A stretch of DNA of 64,000 bases. Origin: Pocillopora damicornis (taxonomy: Eukaryota). A model generated the notes under the pieces. It did not search any database, had not been told where the DNA came from, and saw only the letters and a program-made list of their open reading frames with translations. The stretch lies in NCBI RefSeq assembly GCF_003704095.1, contig NW_020846700.1:124001-188000 (forward strand). Direction: 5' to 3'. The translations under genes and the position numbers were made by a program. This document shows positions 1 to 17,922 of the stretch, piece after piece. Each line of letters opens with the position of its first letter. Position 1 is the first letter of the stretch.

Positions 1-1390
1 AGCAGGTTATTTCTGTTGTTGGCTCCCGGCGTACAGTATTTCTTACGTCAAGCTAGCTTATCCCGCTGTTTCAGACCAGCGTTTCCCCCAAACCCTCTGG
101 GCTTTTCTGGTATTCAGTTCTAGTGCCATAAATTCTGTTATTTATGGAATTCTGAACAGAACATTTCGAATAGAAATTCTCAAGATAGTGAGTCGCAAAA
201 GGGGTGTAGATCGAGCCGTCGAAAACAACATTACGAACTGTGTCTTGTAAAGAAAAGAAACTATACTTTTGCCATACTTGAAGTTATATGTGTCTAGCTA
301 TTTTTAAAAACTCTCTCTCAATTCATTTGATACAGACAGAGAGAGCGAGAGAACAAAAACAGCTTTAATTGAAATGATAAAGAAAACCAAAGAGTTTAGT
401 TGCGTTCAAATGTATTTTTATGGTGTACATTAGCCTAAGTTTGACAATTCTGTTATCATGGAAAATAAATTAGATTTGATTTGTATGTCAAGTTCCTCTG
501 GTATCCGCAATCACTTTTGGTTCAGACCAAAGAAGAAAGAAATAATTACTTTTGCCTTGCCCTTGTTGCAAATGAAATTTCGTAGTGCCGAACTATTTTT
601 GGCGGTAATAAAGGCGTCTCACTTTTGAAGTTAATCTACGTTCACGAAAGTGTTCCAAGTTTCCCTAGTCAAATGAAAGCTTTTCAGCCGGTACAGGACA
701 CAGTAATCAACTCGAGTAAAAAAGTTGGATTTCCATTCAAATTTCCGTTGCCTAGACTTGAGATGAAATATACGTCAGCGGATGTCAATATTTGTGTCAC
801 TAGTAATAAGGCTGTGTCCATTATTAAAGCTAGCATTTTTTAATCATGTCTGTAGGAGAACCTTAATTCATAGGTGAGTAAAATAAAAGGTCAGATGGTC
901 GCAAAAAAAGAACGTAGCTACATCTGACTGATTTCTCCAACTCTCCACAAATTGACATTTTAGTCATCCTTTTGCAGCGACGTTGGGACCTTTCGGTTCG
1001 TTTCCGTAGATCTTCGGAAATCGTCGGAACAGCAAATCGTTGTTGAGCATAACATTTGATATCCTAACCTGTATAAGTTATCAAAGCTATGCTCTTTCCG
1101 AGCATAAGACTCTACCAAGGCGCGATGAGGAAAACCTCTTTACAGTACCCTTTTATATCTATTCTGAAATCACTGATGATCTTCGCAATCTGATTGGCTC
1201 TTGGATTTACTCTAAATGGCAAATTTATTGAACCAACAAGAAGGGTACTCTGTCACAAAACCGCCCAGATTAAGAAGTTTCATTAGGGGAAAATGCCGAA
1301 CAAACGCCAGTTTGTGGCGAATTTTACAAGTTTTATGGCCAAAATGTTTCCTCTACCAGACACCCTCCATAATAGCCTAGAAAATTTGGT

Positions 1391-1601
1391 TTAACCCTTT
1401 AACTCCCAGATCAAATTTGTAATTCTCCTTACTGTCAACCATACAATTCTTAGAATGCTAGTTCAGAGAATTTAGTATTGGATCAACCAATTATCCCTAA
1501 TTTGATATTTTTCTTTATTCTCATTACTTATCTGATTGATATTGTATAGATATTGTGAGGAGAAATTCTGTCTTGGTCACTCATGGGAGTTAAAGGGCTG
1601 A
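1391..1601. mobile_element. piggyBac-like MITE (TTAA/CCCTTT family), copy 1
   Basis: TTAA-CCCTTTAACTCCC ... GGGAGTTAAAGGG-CTGA; about 200 bp, non-coding. Confidence 0.8.
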
Positions 1602-2877
1602 AGACAAAGACAAGGAATAAACACGACTCAAGTTAGGTTTCTGTGAATCTTTATTCCACATCTTTTTTTCGAACTTTTCTTTTTTACAAAAGTTGCATGT
1701 TCCTTTTCGCACAAGGCCAAAAGTAGGCCCTTTTTTATTGCGTTTTCCATAATTTAAAATTCTCCATCACTTTCAAACCAGACCATAATATCTTTATTTG
1801 AAACGTGTTAATTATTTCAGTGTCACTCTCGGCGCCCAGAAACTATACTTTAAAAAGTAAAAATTAATATAATCTATCAAAAGTTTTCTATTAAAAAAAA
1901 AGGCATTAGAACTATGTCGACGAAGAACAGCGAAGGAAAAAAACATTAAAACTATAAAAACTAATTAGACTGTTTTTTAAGGACTGTAAGCTCGATAAAA
2001 TTATTAAAATCTCAAAAGAAACAGAAAACATATTTTAAAAATAATTTAGCAAAAAGAGTGAATTTATTGCATAACTAGAAAATGAGATTTACTCTACCAT
2101 TTGTAATAATTATCGCTAAAATTTATTTTTCTCTTGCCCTGACGACAAAAAGTATTTCAATTAGTACCGTAGGTAATATTTCATTAATGCTAAAATCTGA
2201 GAAAAATTTGATCTGGTGATATTACTACTATGACTTAGTCTTGCTAAAATCATATTTTACAAACATTAAAACAGTATAGTGGTCAAAATTTCAAGAAAGC
2301 ATGGTTTAGACTCGGTGTTCTCCTTTTCAGACAGTAACCGGTAAAATTTACCGCCTGTAGTACCTCTTAATACCGTTTAAAATTGCTTGGAATTCTTAAA
2401 AATTCCACAGGTAGAAGGATTCCTTTACCGGTTTGAAAATTTATTTTACCTGTTATGCTTAAAATAAGGGAGAACACTGATTTAGACTATTGTTTAACGG
2501 AAATTAAATTTCCAGAACAATTGAAACCCTCTCAGAGTCAAGTATCATTTGCTTTTGTTTTCAATTGCCACACATTCCCAATCTATCTTTACATGCGACC
2601 CACATATTTCCATCTTTTAAACACCATAGCACATTCGATTGCCATCTAAATTGGTACGAATGGCAGGCCGACCGTGTCAAAAGTGGGTCGATATTGACAT
2701 CACTTACCGATTTCGATCTATGAGGTTTGGAAATCACACGAATACTGAAAATCGATGGGCAATTTCAAAGTCAACTCACTTCTGTTACCTTTGCCATAGT
2801 TACGATTTTAGAGACACTTCCAAAGAAAACACGTCGCAGTACCGCCTCTCACACTTAGTCACGCGTTCTGACCAAGG

Positions 2878-5800
2878 TCACGAATTCTTACACCGATAAT
2901 CATACTTCGGGTGACCATCAAAAGGAACCTGTCGACCGTTGATGAGTGTTTGTAGAAGCCATTCCAGTGACACAATAGGAATCGCAAGCAGATTAGCGGC
3001 GTGTTTGACACTCGCAGGAAGCTTGTGATCCTCGCAGATGATAACATCGCATTCGTAATCAACGCGGCCTGGAAGCTTGGCGACCATCCTACATCCCGCA
3101 GCCAGCAACACGCTGGACCAAGTTTCCTTGAACTGCTGGCTCCCGTGAAGATAGACCTTGTGAATGACAAAATCGAATAATGAGAGAATATTAGGAGATG
3201 CATGGTTAGGCAACTTTAAAGAATTCCCTTTTCCTTGAACATCATTCACTAAATAGCACCGAAACAAGTTTTTAGACCTTTAGGAAGAACTCTGAATGGG
3301 TAAGGACAATAAAAATCAAAGGGGCTACATGTACATCGTTATCCAAAGACAACCTGCCCTTACAGCCGATTTTCCAAAGGAGTGAACACAGAGAAAGAGG
3401 AATTTTTCTTTTTAAAAGTTCAAGGTGATGAAATAATTACCTTCATGAGTCACATAGAAATAGCTATGCGTTTTCATGGTTGTGGAAGCATGCATGATCT
3501 TACCAGCCCCTCATGGATTCTTGAGCTTCAATATTTTCCTGGTTTAATGTAAATGGGTAACGCAATTTCCCGTTACCTACACGACAGGCGCAAAGAGGAA
3601 GGGGGGGAAAGACACTAAAAGTACGAGCCACGAAGTCCTCGTTCTACTTCCCCCTTCTCCGATTTTCCCTTTCTTTTCCCTCCCCTACTTACGCCTGCCT
3701 TGTAGGCGTTATTTTTCTACAAAAATTGGACTGATGCACGGGTATCATGAGAATAACATCACTTACTCGCATGTCGCCCAAAATGTTTCTTCTCGGCCGG
3801 CATTCTACAATTTCCCCGGCCTCTAGGCTTTCTCCCGCAGGGAGCAAGTACTTCTTGTAGTCCAAACGCTTATCACAAGCGCAACAATCATTTATCCACA
3901 TGTGTGAAACACACGGAATTCCAGAAGCGAGGGATTGGAAATATTTTTGTGTCCGTTGGTGTGTGTGGGATATCAAGAAGCACTCTGCGCCAGAAATCTG
4001 TGATTGAGGAAACGAGGACAGCACGACGCCACCACCAGCCTCGATCTGACGTTTCAAGTGATGGCGATTAAAGTCAATTCTCTCCGATTCACTGTCCGTC
4101 TCTTCAGGCTCATCCTTGTCTCTGGTCACGCCTGTCACCAGAAAGGCTAAACCAGCAAAAGTATTCCTGTTTCTTGGTAGATGTGGTGCTTCGACAGTGT
4201 CCTCTCTGTCGCTTATCTGTTTACGCGGCGTGCGTCCTCTCACAGGTTGAGCCGGTATCGTGCCAACGGGCCTCGCAGGTGATTTGGGACCATACGTGGA
4301 TGACAACCCTCTCCTAACATATCGTCGTTTGCCGCCAGCTTTACCATGCTGCTCATCTGAACTCGACTCGCTCTCACCAATCCTATGTCCCGCACGTCTA
4401 GCCTGTGCTTTGATCTTATGTGACGACTTATGTGTAGACTTAGGCGTGATATCCATGTCGGCGGACGCCACTTTTGAACGTCTTGGGCCAACGCGTGGTG
4501 AGGCGCGATCAGCATTTTTTTCCTGCTTTCTTTCGTCATTCGGGCTCGTGTCTTTAGAGCTAGTGTCTCGTGAGGTGTCCTTAGCATCTATGCCACCCGA
4601 CTTGGAGACATCGTGTAGGCTAACGTTACTGCTCCCTGCTCGCCTCAAGCTATGTGCTCCAATACTGACACTGGAACCACTTGTGACGCTAAACGAACTA
4701 TCACTGGATAAAACAGCTACGGCTTGCTGTTCCGATAAAATAATTCTACTCCGTGGGTACCGGCGTATTGCACCATTCTGGGTCTGTATTTCGTAACCGC
4801 GTGCGTTTCGATCTCGATAATGTCCCACGATCACCCCTTCTTCATAGAAGTCATCTACAAGATCCCCTTGAGCCATGACACTCTGCCCAACCGGCAATAA
4901 ATCCTTGATGATAAGGTTTTCACGTGGAATCCTTCGTTTGTCGCCGTCGTCAAAGGTTACCGAGTATCGTCCGTTTTTGTACTGCTTTGCAGTGATTATT
5001 CCTGGATAGAAGTAACCGTCCAACCACTTCGCTAACACGCGGGTTCCAGGAGTCAAAGAGGAGTCACTCGATGAGGAGCGTTTGAGATTTGACTCCTTCT
5101 CTAAAATTGGTTCGGTATCCTGCCTTGAGATCGAAGGGATTTCTGTGGGTTCACCCCTAGTATGTTGGTTGTCATCTTGTCCTTTACCTCCATCTTCCGA
5201 GCTTCTATCAGAATCACCCTGACCGGAGGTTACCAAGGCCTGCGTTTTACCAGAAGCGCGCGTTGCTTGTTTAGAAGCTGGTGATTTACTACTTTTCCTT
5301 CGCAGAGAACTTCTGTTTTGTTGCTGAAGCTCATCTTGTTTCGGTGTCTTCGCAGTAACTGTTGCACGAGACCCGTCGACGTTGGAAGTCTCCACAAATT
5401 TAGTGACTTCCTCCTTCTCCTCCTCTTGGCTCTCCACTTTCGGTTCCCCATCTTCTTCAAAGGTGAAAACCTGCACAACTTCTCCTGATTCCTCATCGAC
5501 GATGGTCATAGTTACATTTCGTTTCACTTGAGTCGTTACTGTAGTTACAGTGCATGTGCGCATGATTTGCTTGTAGTGTACGGCACCTGATGATGTAGCC
5601 TTTACCGCCTCGCCTTTGTCAGGCTTTAGTTCATCATCCTCTCTTCTGAATCGTTTTGAGAGTGCTTCCTCTAATCCTTCGCTCTCAGAGGAAGCCTCCC
5701 TTTCTTCGCGAACTCTTTTAGTGCTCGTGATATTTTTGACCTCTGCTCTTGGTCTAATAATCTCTTTTCCACGCGTCCCACGAGGAGATCCTCTTTTTGG

Positions 5801-8800
5801 CTTTTTTCGCACGGGTTCTGGTACATCATCTTCGGCGGTAAATGCAAACGGATCGTCGTCGCTTTGGACCTCTCTCATTCCTCTCTTCTTAGTTTTGGCG
5901 ATGGCTTTTCGAGCGCGACTAAATATTGATCGCGGGGGTACTGGGGCATTGGAGTGAGGACGGTCTAAGCTCTCTGTGGATGTAGAAGCCCGAGGTTGGC
6001 TGGGCTCGAAATGGAAGGCTACCTCTGAACGGAGAAAANNNNNNNNNNNNNNNNNNNNNNNNNNNNNNNNNNNNNNNNNNNNNNNNNNNNNNNNNNNNNN
6101 NNNNNNNNNNNNNNNNNNNNNNNNNNNNNNNNNNNNNNNNNNNNNNNNNNNNNNNNNNNNNNNNNNNNNNNNNNNNNNNNNNNNNNNNNNNNNNNNNNNN
6201 NNNNNNNNNNNNNNNNNNNNNNNNNNNNNNNNNNNNNNNNNNNNNNNNNNNNNNNNNNNNNNNNNNNNNNTATTTTTCCCTAACTTGACTGTATTCGACT
6301 TTGAACCCGATCGAAGTCAGCGAGTTTCCTTTCGCACTCTCGGTATCTATCGTAATAAATGACGCATCACCGAAGAAGCATTTTCTATGACTTAGGCTCT
6401 TGTTCATACAAGATTACACCGTGATAACCTTCATTGAAAAATACTGCTGTGAGTTTGAGTAACTCCACTTTCCCCTTCTCTAACGTGTAATGGTAGGGCA
6501 ATAGGATCTGCCGATCATTTGATCAATTGTCCCTACTCTCTCATGGTGGTGAGAAATCACACCACGTAAAAGATTTCAAAAATACCTTGGCTAGACATCC
6601 CTGGCGTCTCTCTAACCACAGGAAGAGCCACATCCAGGATAGTACTGCGTCTGCTACTCCTCTCCTCTGAGTCTGGAGTGTCCGGACTAACGGGTCTGAA
6701 GGGGGGTGGAGTGGTAGACGTCAGTGGTCTTAGCGGCTCCCTTGGTAAGGAAAAGTGGAAACTTGTACCAGAGTCACTCGAGGATTCTGAAAATATTGCT
6801 GCTGGGAGCGTTGGTTTTATCGGTTTTCTTGCATGGACGCCTGCTGTTCTTGATTGTTCTTTTTCAAGATCATCAGACGTGTCTTTCTCCCAGAATATCA
6901 TTTCAGTTCCCTTCTCCGGTATGCTTGCCTGTTCTTGTATAAGATCATCGGGCGCTTCCTGCTCCACAGGTTGAGTGACACCCCCTGATTCTTCAACAGG
7001 TGCAGTCTTCTCTGGAGGGTGGATTACATCGCCCCTATCCGTAAAGGGGTAGGTACTTTGGTCTCGATGAATTTCGTCGATGCCGTCAGTAGATCTCACA
7101 AGATTCTCCGGTGCTTTGGTTGGAACGTTCATAGTCAGCTGTTCCTTGTCATTATCATCTTGAGCAAGAGCCATTGTAGGAAGTTGTCTTCCCAAAGGGG
7201 CCAAAATGGACTGGCTGCCGGAGTCTTGTTTTGTCAAAGTACTTGCCTCTTCAGCTTGAATTGTTTCTGCCAGTTTGCACTCGGTGACGTTATTTGTCAC
7301 TTCACTGACAATCACATCCTGTGAAAGATTGAAAAAAAAAATTGGACAAGTTCAAAGGGGTCCAGTATTTGCCTCCACCTTTCTGACCAAGCATTTCCCA
7401 ACGTTTAAACTCCAAGAAATGATTAAAATGAAACTTCTCCTCACAATGTCAAACATCATCATTCCTAAAAGACTAACTTACAGACAAGCGTGTAATGCAA
7501 ATGGATTTTAACCCTTTACACTCTAATATTCGTATTTATATTCTCTCTTTACATTTTCCATAGTACTGACAAGGAGAATTCGATAGACAATTAAAAGCTT
7601 TTTAAATTGGTGATCATTTCCTTTATTCTCATGACCTCAATACTTGAATCAAGGGTGAAACTGTAAGGAGAAACTATCATTCTCTGTGTTGTTTTACCTC
7701 CTGAATCCCCTCCAGTCCCTGGCTGGTATCTGATGGCATCTGGCTTCCCATGACCAACTGCGACTGAGTCAGGTGCAATGAGAACGGCATCACTATGTCT
7801 TGAGAATCTAAGACCCCTTGAATATTTTGTTCTTCCATTGGCTGGTCAGGAGATTCATCTGATAAAAAAAATTCATGAAACAGCTTTGACTCACCAGGGT
7901 AATTTAGATTTAACTTTGTACAATTTTGACACACCATCTCAGACACTTGATGAGGATTCACTGTTTTTTCCACTTGGGGTTGTTATTAAGATATATCTCT
8001 AAGTTCTCTAAATCAATTTCAAATTAAAATATATAACAGCTGGAAGGAAAATAATCAAACAGAACTGGGCAATTCAATGGTTTCACTGATTTTGCAACTA
8101 CATCTATTCTGTCAACTTAAGGTCCACAGTTCTCTTGTGCATACATTCAATGCCTTTTTGGGAAGCAGGGATGGAATTGCCTGCCTCCACAGTGGCCCCT
8201 ATGTAAATTCCAAACTTGGTGTCACATGTGGCCTCCGTTTGTTGTTTGTTCCTAATTGTGATCAAAGGGTTTTTCTCTACATCTCTCTTAATAGAAGCCA
8301 ATATCCTAATTTCACCAGCTGCATTTCAATGTGTAACCACAGGTGTATATAGACTTTGAGAATTAGAAATATAATATATTATATGATAAGCTCAATTATA
8401 CTTGTGTTGTGATTGGTTCTTATTTATGATCTATTCGAGGACAGATGTTATAGCTAACATCACCAATTTCAACATTTTTCTTTTTTTGACATATAAAACA
8501 AATAGATTCCATGATATGCTTGGTCTGTATAATTAGGAAAAGATCACAGGAGACATAAAAATGTGATAAGAATATCAGAAACACACTCAGCTGTGCCTTG
8601 TCTGCCACTTGTTTGTTTTTACCAACAGACACACTGCAACACATGATCTATTTGTTAAATATACAGCAAGATAGAGATTATGAAATACCTGAAATACTAT
8701 TCTGTTCCTTGCCTTCCTGGTTTATTACAGGAAAGAACATATCCTCACTCATCTCTGGTTGTGTGGGACCTGGCAGCACAGCAGGGCTTTCTTCAGTACC

Positions 8801-11800
8801 TTCAGCCTTACTTTTGCTTGGTTTAAAGGGATGCATTATTAGTGAGGATGGAGACAATGACAACTGTTCTTCATGTAAGCTCTGCTTAGGGTGATTTACT
8901 GGTAAATCAGAAATTAGTGGCTCATGCCTAGGACTGTCAAGAAAGCTACCACTTATGAAAGGTACACACTGCTCCTTAGAGCCATTTGGTGGCAGCACTG
9001 TATATTTTCCTTTTGAACCTGTGGATCCTAGGCTGCTGTTACTCAAAGCACTACTAACTGGCTGCCACTGCTGCAGTTGAGGTGATGATTCACCCTTAGA
9101 TGAGTCCTCACTGGATGAACCTTTTGAGGAAGTGTCACTTGACTTCTTTTCATTGGTGTCACTGGCTTGCTGGAGTACCTCTTGCTGTTGCTTTTGCTGC
9201 CAGAGAGGTAACTCAACTCTTTCATCATCTAATGATTCTCTGAGTCTTAGAGATGCTGGCTTTTCCAAATGTCTTTCTTGGCTTTGTGACATATCAAATG
9301 ACTGCAACAATTCTGCTGCTGCTTTTGACATCTCTGACTGTTCCTTCTCCACATCATTTTTTACAGATTCTTTGATGTTTTTGGATTTTTGAGTCTGTCT
9401 GTCTTCACACCCTTTCTCATATGTTCCCTCTTTCCTAAATAGAAATGAATTATCATAAATATAATACTTACAACAAGAACTACATTGCTGTGTGTTATCC
9501 ATGAATAATTTCATTCATGAAAAGATATATGAAATTCAAATGGCTTCTGGTACTTCACCATAGTAAATCACATGTATCATTAGACAAAAAAACAGCTGTA
9601 GTTGAGCTAAGCTGTTTGGCCAGCCAGAACCTATCCAGAATAAAGGGGGTAAGTTCCTTACAAAAAATGTATAGCTGCATTGGTAGGAGAGTGTAACAGG
9701 GTAATTCAGTGTTATCAACTGAGTTGATAACCTAAATTGGCCACCATCAGCTTTGAACCTGGCCAATTTATGTTACCAACTCAACTGATAATACTAAAGA
9801 ACCTGTCCTGGTTTCCTTGGCATGAAGCTACTAGAAGTATGACTAGAACCCCTGGATAGGATATTAGTACATTGCACAGTTACATCCCAGCATTTCATCA
9901 GGCTTCTCTGACAATTATTTATCAGTACCCATTTATATTCCTGGGTTAGAGAGAGGTTCTTAGAAATAAAAGAGTTTATCCCAAGAACACAACACAATGA
10001 CCTGGCTTGGTCTCAAACCCAGATATGTTGACCAAGATTTCAGTGCACTAACCATGAGGCCATTGCATCTCCCTTATAAATAATTTATTATGATTATAGA
10101 TTGAAGGAAATTAAAGTTTGATTCACATAGTGTTCTGACTCACTGCTCATGTGGGTCACCATTTTTAATTGCATATCTCTGGTCTTTATTTTAAAAAAAT
10201 TATCATACTTCCTCTGCAAACCACGAGTGCACCTTGGTTATTTGTTTAAGTTTGGGAAACAGGTTCTTTTTTTTGAGAAAAGGTTCCCCCTAACCCTGTG
10301 ATCTGGATCTTCCTTCTTTTTACCTGTTACTTTTCTTTTCTACTTGCTCTTCAGCAGCAGCTGTTGGGGAAGATGGATGTAAGTCTTGAACTGAGCTATA
10401 GGCATCAGGTGAAGGATGCACTTTATCTGATGATGAAGATGAAGACACCCTGACACTAGGCTCTCCAGAAAATTGCAAGCTTTGAAAAGCCACATTGTCA
10501 ATTGGTGTTTCTTGAGAGGGAGGGGTGCAGAAAAATCCACCACCACCTTCAACTGGTGTTGATGTACGTTGCTTGGAAGTGAACACCTGCTTGTACAGTG
10601 ATCGCTCACTAGGATGTGATTCTCTGCTGTTTTTGTCATCCACTGGAGTGGATTGGTGTTGTGGTAACTTCAAGTCAACCGAAAGGTTTGGTCTTGTTGT
10701 CCCTTCCTGATGGCCTTGAGAAGAGGCAAACATGTCCTCTTGGGAAGAACAACCTTCTTGCTCTTCCTCCATTGACCACAGCGTATAACCAGTAACTTTG
10801 GCATGCACTTTCTCCTCTTTCGACGCAGCACTGCTAGTGCTAGTATCACTGGTTGACTGTTTCCTTAGTAATTGTGGAAGGTGTTTACGCACTTCTGGGG
10901 ATACTTGGGAGCCACTTTCACTAGACAAGTTGCTGAGATCTCCATGGTAACTGCTGCTGCTCATGGCTGAGCCATGATCAGACTTATGTCCTGTGTATTG
11001 AGCAAAGTAAGTTGCAATTGTAATATAAATATTCATCAAAAGCCATTGGTGATACAAGTCCAAATTCAAAGGACCCAGAGATTTTAGATTGGTTTTAGAT
11101 TGGAGGTTACTGCTTGTATTTTTAGTTTGAAACCTATACAGAGAGGAATAGGAAAGTATGCAATCAGTGTTCTTACCAACACTTGATGAGCATGTTGACT
11201 TCTTCTCCTCATCCACAGGGGCTGTAGATACTTCACTAAGGTCAGAAGCAACATCAGCCCCCTCACCAACAACACCAGTTGACGCCTCACTGTAATTGTC
11301 TCCACTAAAGTCATGAACACTTCCTCTTCCTTCCCCACTAACATGTTGTCTGGGAGGTGTTGAATCTGTTACCACAACTCGAACCAGTGGTTCTGAGAGG
11401 GTAGCAACTTCTGGAGGGCGAATTAGCTCTGGTAGTGCATCACTTGAAGAGGATGGATCGTCTGGATGAGGGGATTCTTCCTCATTTGCACTGGGATCTT
11501 GCTCGTTATTTTCATCGTTGTCATTATCATCACCACCACCACCGTCCCCCCCACCGGCATCCCCTCCGCCACCTTCATCGCCCCCATCCCTACTCCCGTT
11601 ATCATCACCTCCTCCACCATCGCTACCTCCTCTATCATTACCTCCGCTGCTATCACGTCCTTGTCCATGTTGGTCGCGATCGTCCGGTTGCCGGCTTTTT
11701 TCACCTTCCTCTCTTCTTACACCCTCTCCTCCAGTAGTAGAACAACTTATAGCGGCACAATTTCGAGGAAACGACGGATGGTCACAGGAGATGCCCGCTG

Positions 11801-11960
11801 AAGGATCAGTCCGACTGGTTGACAATCGAGTCAACTGTTTCAGAATCGCCAAATCACACGCACTGTCCGATCGAAAGATTGTTTCGGTTTCCTGAGACTG
11901 AGAATTCTCCACCAGTAAGCAAGGGGAGCTGAGATCAAGTTCTTCGGGAGTAAAATCCAT
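2878..11960 (-). CDS. TP53BP1: Tumor protein p53-binding protein 1 (53BP1), multi-exon
   Basis: Phase-compatible GT-AG exons: 11177-11960, 10324-10990, 8689-9434, 7698-7858, 6586-7318, then 6346 through the N gap (6038-6270) to 3767, and 2878-3156. N-terminus PCLLVENSQ resembles human PCLIIEDSQ, with many S/TQ sites. Oligomerization region RTCTVTTVTTQVKRNVTMTIVDEESGEVV; tandem Tudor GTRVLAKWLDGYFYPG..FDDG; tandem BRCT FAGLAFLVTG..RTQKYFQSLASGIPCVSHMWI..YLLPAG..VSLEWLLQTLI. Exon structure across the gap is unresolved. Confidence 0.95.
7508..7675. mobile_element. piggyBac-like MITE, truncated copy
   Basis: TTAACCCTTTACAC start; internal similarity to other copies (ACAAGGAGAATT, TTTCCTTTATTCTCATGACC, TGTAAGGAGAAA); right TIR missing. 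Confidence 0.7.
9805..10073 (-). mobile_element. Decayed tRNA-derived SINE
   Basis: The minus strand begins GGGAGATGCAATGGCCTCATGGTTAGTGCACT (A-box-like), then GGGTTTGAGACC (B-box-like), then CATTGTGTTGTGTTCTTGGG..CCCAGGAATATAAATGGGTAC, a body typical of metazoan SINEs. Weaker fragments occur near 18830-18920 and 29140-29200. Confidence 0.6.
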
Positions 11961-12103
11961 TACAACACTCGAACATAAATAAACACAATTCTCACAATCA
12001 AACCTAACCGCGCTTTATCTGCCTGAACTTGCCACGTCCCATAGTTCTTTGCAAGTTTGATCGTTCTGGCTCGCATAGACTTTCGGGTAGGTGTCTTTCC
12101 AAG

Positions 12104-12110
<7 letters not shown>
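11961..12110. promoter_or_regulatory. Bidirectional promoter TP53BP1/SUCLG1
   Basis: Divergent start codons at 11960 (-) and 12104 (+), 143 bp apart. Locally CpG-rich. A YY1-like CAAGATGGCG overlaps the SUCLG1 ATG. Confidence 0.75.

Positions 12111-17922
<5,812 letters not shown>

Noticed and set aside
1-2877. Short ORFs in the first 2.9 kb
   Set aside because: No recognisable domains or exon chain; probably TP53BP1 3' UTR and intergenic DNA.
4240-5957. Overlapping alternative-frame and antisense ORFs (e.g. 4260-4796, 5616-5957)
   Set aside because: Shadows of the large TP53BP1 exon, with no recognisable motifs.
5919-6407. Apparent frameshift in TP53BP1 across 6038-6270
   Set aside because: It spans an N gap of estimated length that may hide an intron or exon, so it is not evidence of pseudogenisation.
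8104-8301. 65-aa minus-strand ORF inside a TP53BP1 intron as a possible extra exon
   Set aside because: The flanking exons already join in phase, and no convincing splice-site pair or homology was seen.
11423-11895. Pro-rich, His-rich and Thr/Ile-rich ORFs
   Set aside because: Other-frame or antisense readings of the Gly/Asp low-complexity tract in TP53BP1 exon 1.
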